DNA of 64,000 nucleotides from an uncultured Erysipelotrichaceae bacterium (GTDB lineage Bacteria; Bacillota_I; Bacilli_A; RFN20; CAG-826): NCBI GenBank assembly GCA_902787955.1, contig CADAIJ010000006.1, positions 8,922 to 72,921 of the forward strand, read 5' to 3'. Shown piece by piece: positions 61,663 to 64,000 of this stretch (position 1 is its first letter; each line of letters starts with the position of its first letter). The notes under the pieces were generated by a model. It saw only the letters and a program-made list of their open reading frames with translations, ran no database searches and was not told where the DNA came from. The position numbers and the translations under genes were made by a program.

Positions 61663-64000
61663 GTAATTATGAACATAAAGTAATCGAAACAAAATGGGCG
61701 AAAAAATATGAGGAACTCAAGCCTTTTTATTGCGACACCCATGATTTTAGTAAGCCAAAATACTACGTTTTAGATATGTTTCCTTATCCTTCTGGACAAG
61801 GTTTACATGTAGGCCATCCTGAAGGTTATACCGCTAGTGACGTTGTTGCTAGAATGAAAAGAATGCAAGGATTTAATGTCCTTCATCCAATTGGTTGGGA
61901 TGCTTTCGGTTTACCAGCAGAACAATTCGCAATTAAGAATAACCAACACCCATCAATTTTCACTTATCGTAATATCGATCATTTCCGTGAACAAATTAAG
62001 AAACTTGGGTTTTCTTATGACTGGTCTAAAGAAATCGCAACCTGTGATCCTGAATACTATAAATGGACCCAATGGATTTTTACTGAATTATATAAAAATG
62101 ATTTAGCATATGTATCTTCTATCCCTGTTAACTATTGTCCACAACTAGGAACAATTTTAGCTAACGAAGAAGTTATTGATGGTAAATCAGAAGTAGGGGG
62201 TTTCCCAGTAATTAAACTCCCAATGAGACAATGGGTTCTTTCAATTACTAAATACGCTGATAAATTACTTGATGGTCTTGAAGGTTTAGATTGGCCTAAA
62301 TCCACAATGACCATGCAAAAGAACTGGATTGGTAAATCTTTAGGAGCGGAAATCTCCTTTAAGATTAAAGATACTGACCGTTCATTCAAAGTATTTACTA
62401 CTCGTGCTGATACCTTATTTGGTTGTACATATTGTTGCTTAGCTCCAGAACATCCTCTTGTTAAAGAACTTGTTACTCCTGAACAAAAAGAAGCGGTGGA
62501 ACAGTATGTTGATTCTATTAAGTCCAAATCCGATATGGAAAGAACTGAACTTAACAAAGATAAAACAGGTGTCTTTATTGGAAGATACGCAATTAACCCA
62601 ATTAATGGCAAAGAAGTTCCAATCTATGCCGCAGATTATGTTTTATTTGGTTATGGTGAAGGTGCTGTTATGGCAGTTCCTGCTCACGACCAAAGAGACT
62701 ATGAATTCGCTAAAAAGCATGGCTTAGAAATGATTCAAGTCCTTGAAGGTGATATCTCTGAACACGCTATGGAAGAAGATGCACCTCATATGAATTCTTC
62801 TTTTGCTAATGGACTAAATATCAAAGAAGCTAAAGAAGCTATTATTAATAAACTTGAAGAATTAGGTGCAGGCAAAGTAAAAGTTAATTATAAATTAAGA
62901 GACTGGATTTTCTCTCGTCAAAGATATTGGGGTGAACCAATTCCATATGTTGAAAATGATGATGGTACTTCCTATGTTTTAGACTTAAAAGATCTTCCAT
63001 TAACTCTTCCAGAAATGGAAAAATACGCTCCAAGTGGTGATGGAACATCTCCGTTATCTAAAGCCACTGAATGGAGAAATGTTGTTAAAGATGGAAAACA
63101 CGGATTAAGAGAAACAAATACTATGCCACAATGGGCTGGTTCATGTTGGTATTTTATCCGTTACATTGACCCACATAACAATAATGCTTTTGCTGATCCA
63201 GCTTTAATTAAACACTGGTTACCAGTAGACCTTTATATCGGTGGTAGTGAACACGCTGTTCTTCACCTTTTATATTCTCGTTTCTGGTTTAAGTTCTTAT
63301 ATGATAAAGGCTACGTTTTCACCCCTGAACCATTTAAGAAATTATTCCATCAAGGAATGATTTTGGGTGAAAACGGTGAAAAGATGTCAAAATCTCGTGG
63401 CAATGTCGTTAATCCTGATGACATTGTTGAAGAATATGGTGCAGACGCACTTCGTTTATTCGAAATGTTTGCTGGTCCACTTGAAGAATCATTCCCATGG
63501 AACACTAATGCTCTTGCCGGGGCGCGTCGTTTCATCGATAGAGTCTATCGTTTATTCACTGATGATGAATTTGTAAAGAAACAAACTGATGTGAATAATC
63601 ATGAATTAGACTTTGTCTATCATAGCACTGTTAAGAAAGTTACAAATGACTTTGAGTCACTTCAAATTAACACTGCTATTTCTCAAATGATGATCTTTAT
63701 TAATGCTTTATATAAAGCTGAACAATTATACAAACCATACTTAGTTAACTTTGTTAAAATGTTCTCATGTGTCTGTCCATTTGTCGGTGAAGAATTATTC
63801 TATCAATTAACTGGTAAAGAACTTGTCGACTATGAAAAATGGCCAGAATATGATGAATCTAAACTAAATGTTAGCGAAGTTAATATTGCTATCTCAGTTA
63901 ATGGTAAAGTTCGCTCTACTATTAAAGTGAATAAAGATATTGAAGATAAGGAATTAGAAAAAATTGCCTTAGGCTTAGATGCTGTTCAAAAACATATTGA
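61659..64000 (+). CDS. leuS: Leucine--tRNA ligase (runs off the window; not in the ORF track)
   Basis: ATG 61659 gives [13 protein letters not shown]...[15 protein letters not shown]; KMSKS near 63381. Confidence 0.96.

Noticed and set aside
61876-63576. Short ORFs listed in the track at the right end
   Set aside because: Shadow or alternative frames of leuS, which the track misses because it has no stop in the window

Overview
Low-GC, genetic-code-11 Bacillota/Bacilli-like chromosome segment with Mollicutes-like traits (lipoprotein AtpF, PknB without TM/PASTA domains). It contains two tRNA-integrated elements. (1) From before base 1 to 10708: an element whose genes all lie on one strand, ending at the 3' end of tRNA-Ser(GCT). 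It carries a diversity-generating retroelement (CLec-type target with VR 578-673, hairpin, TR 765-860, DGR reverse transcriptase; 15 of 15 VR/TR mismatches fall at TR adenines). The DGR is embedded in a filamentous-phage-like gene set: small membrane proteins, an anchored surface protein, a pI/Zot-like ATPase, a Rep_trans rolling-circle initiator and a tyrosine integrase. (2) 15571-22979: a 7.4-kb island with an integrase, a two-methylase GATC-type R-M system, a resolvase and a DprA-like gene. It splits the host tRNA-Gly(TCC) and carries a different, intact tRNA-Gly(TCC). The rest is housekeeping: glycerophosphodiester operon, surface nuclease, glpK, PPi-type PFK, atp operon, gmk-priA-rsmB-like-rlmN-stp-pknB-rsgA-rpe, rpmB, glgCDA and a partial leuS. 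All family calls come from motifs read by eye; no database search was run.
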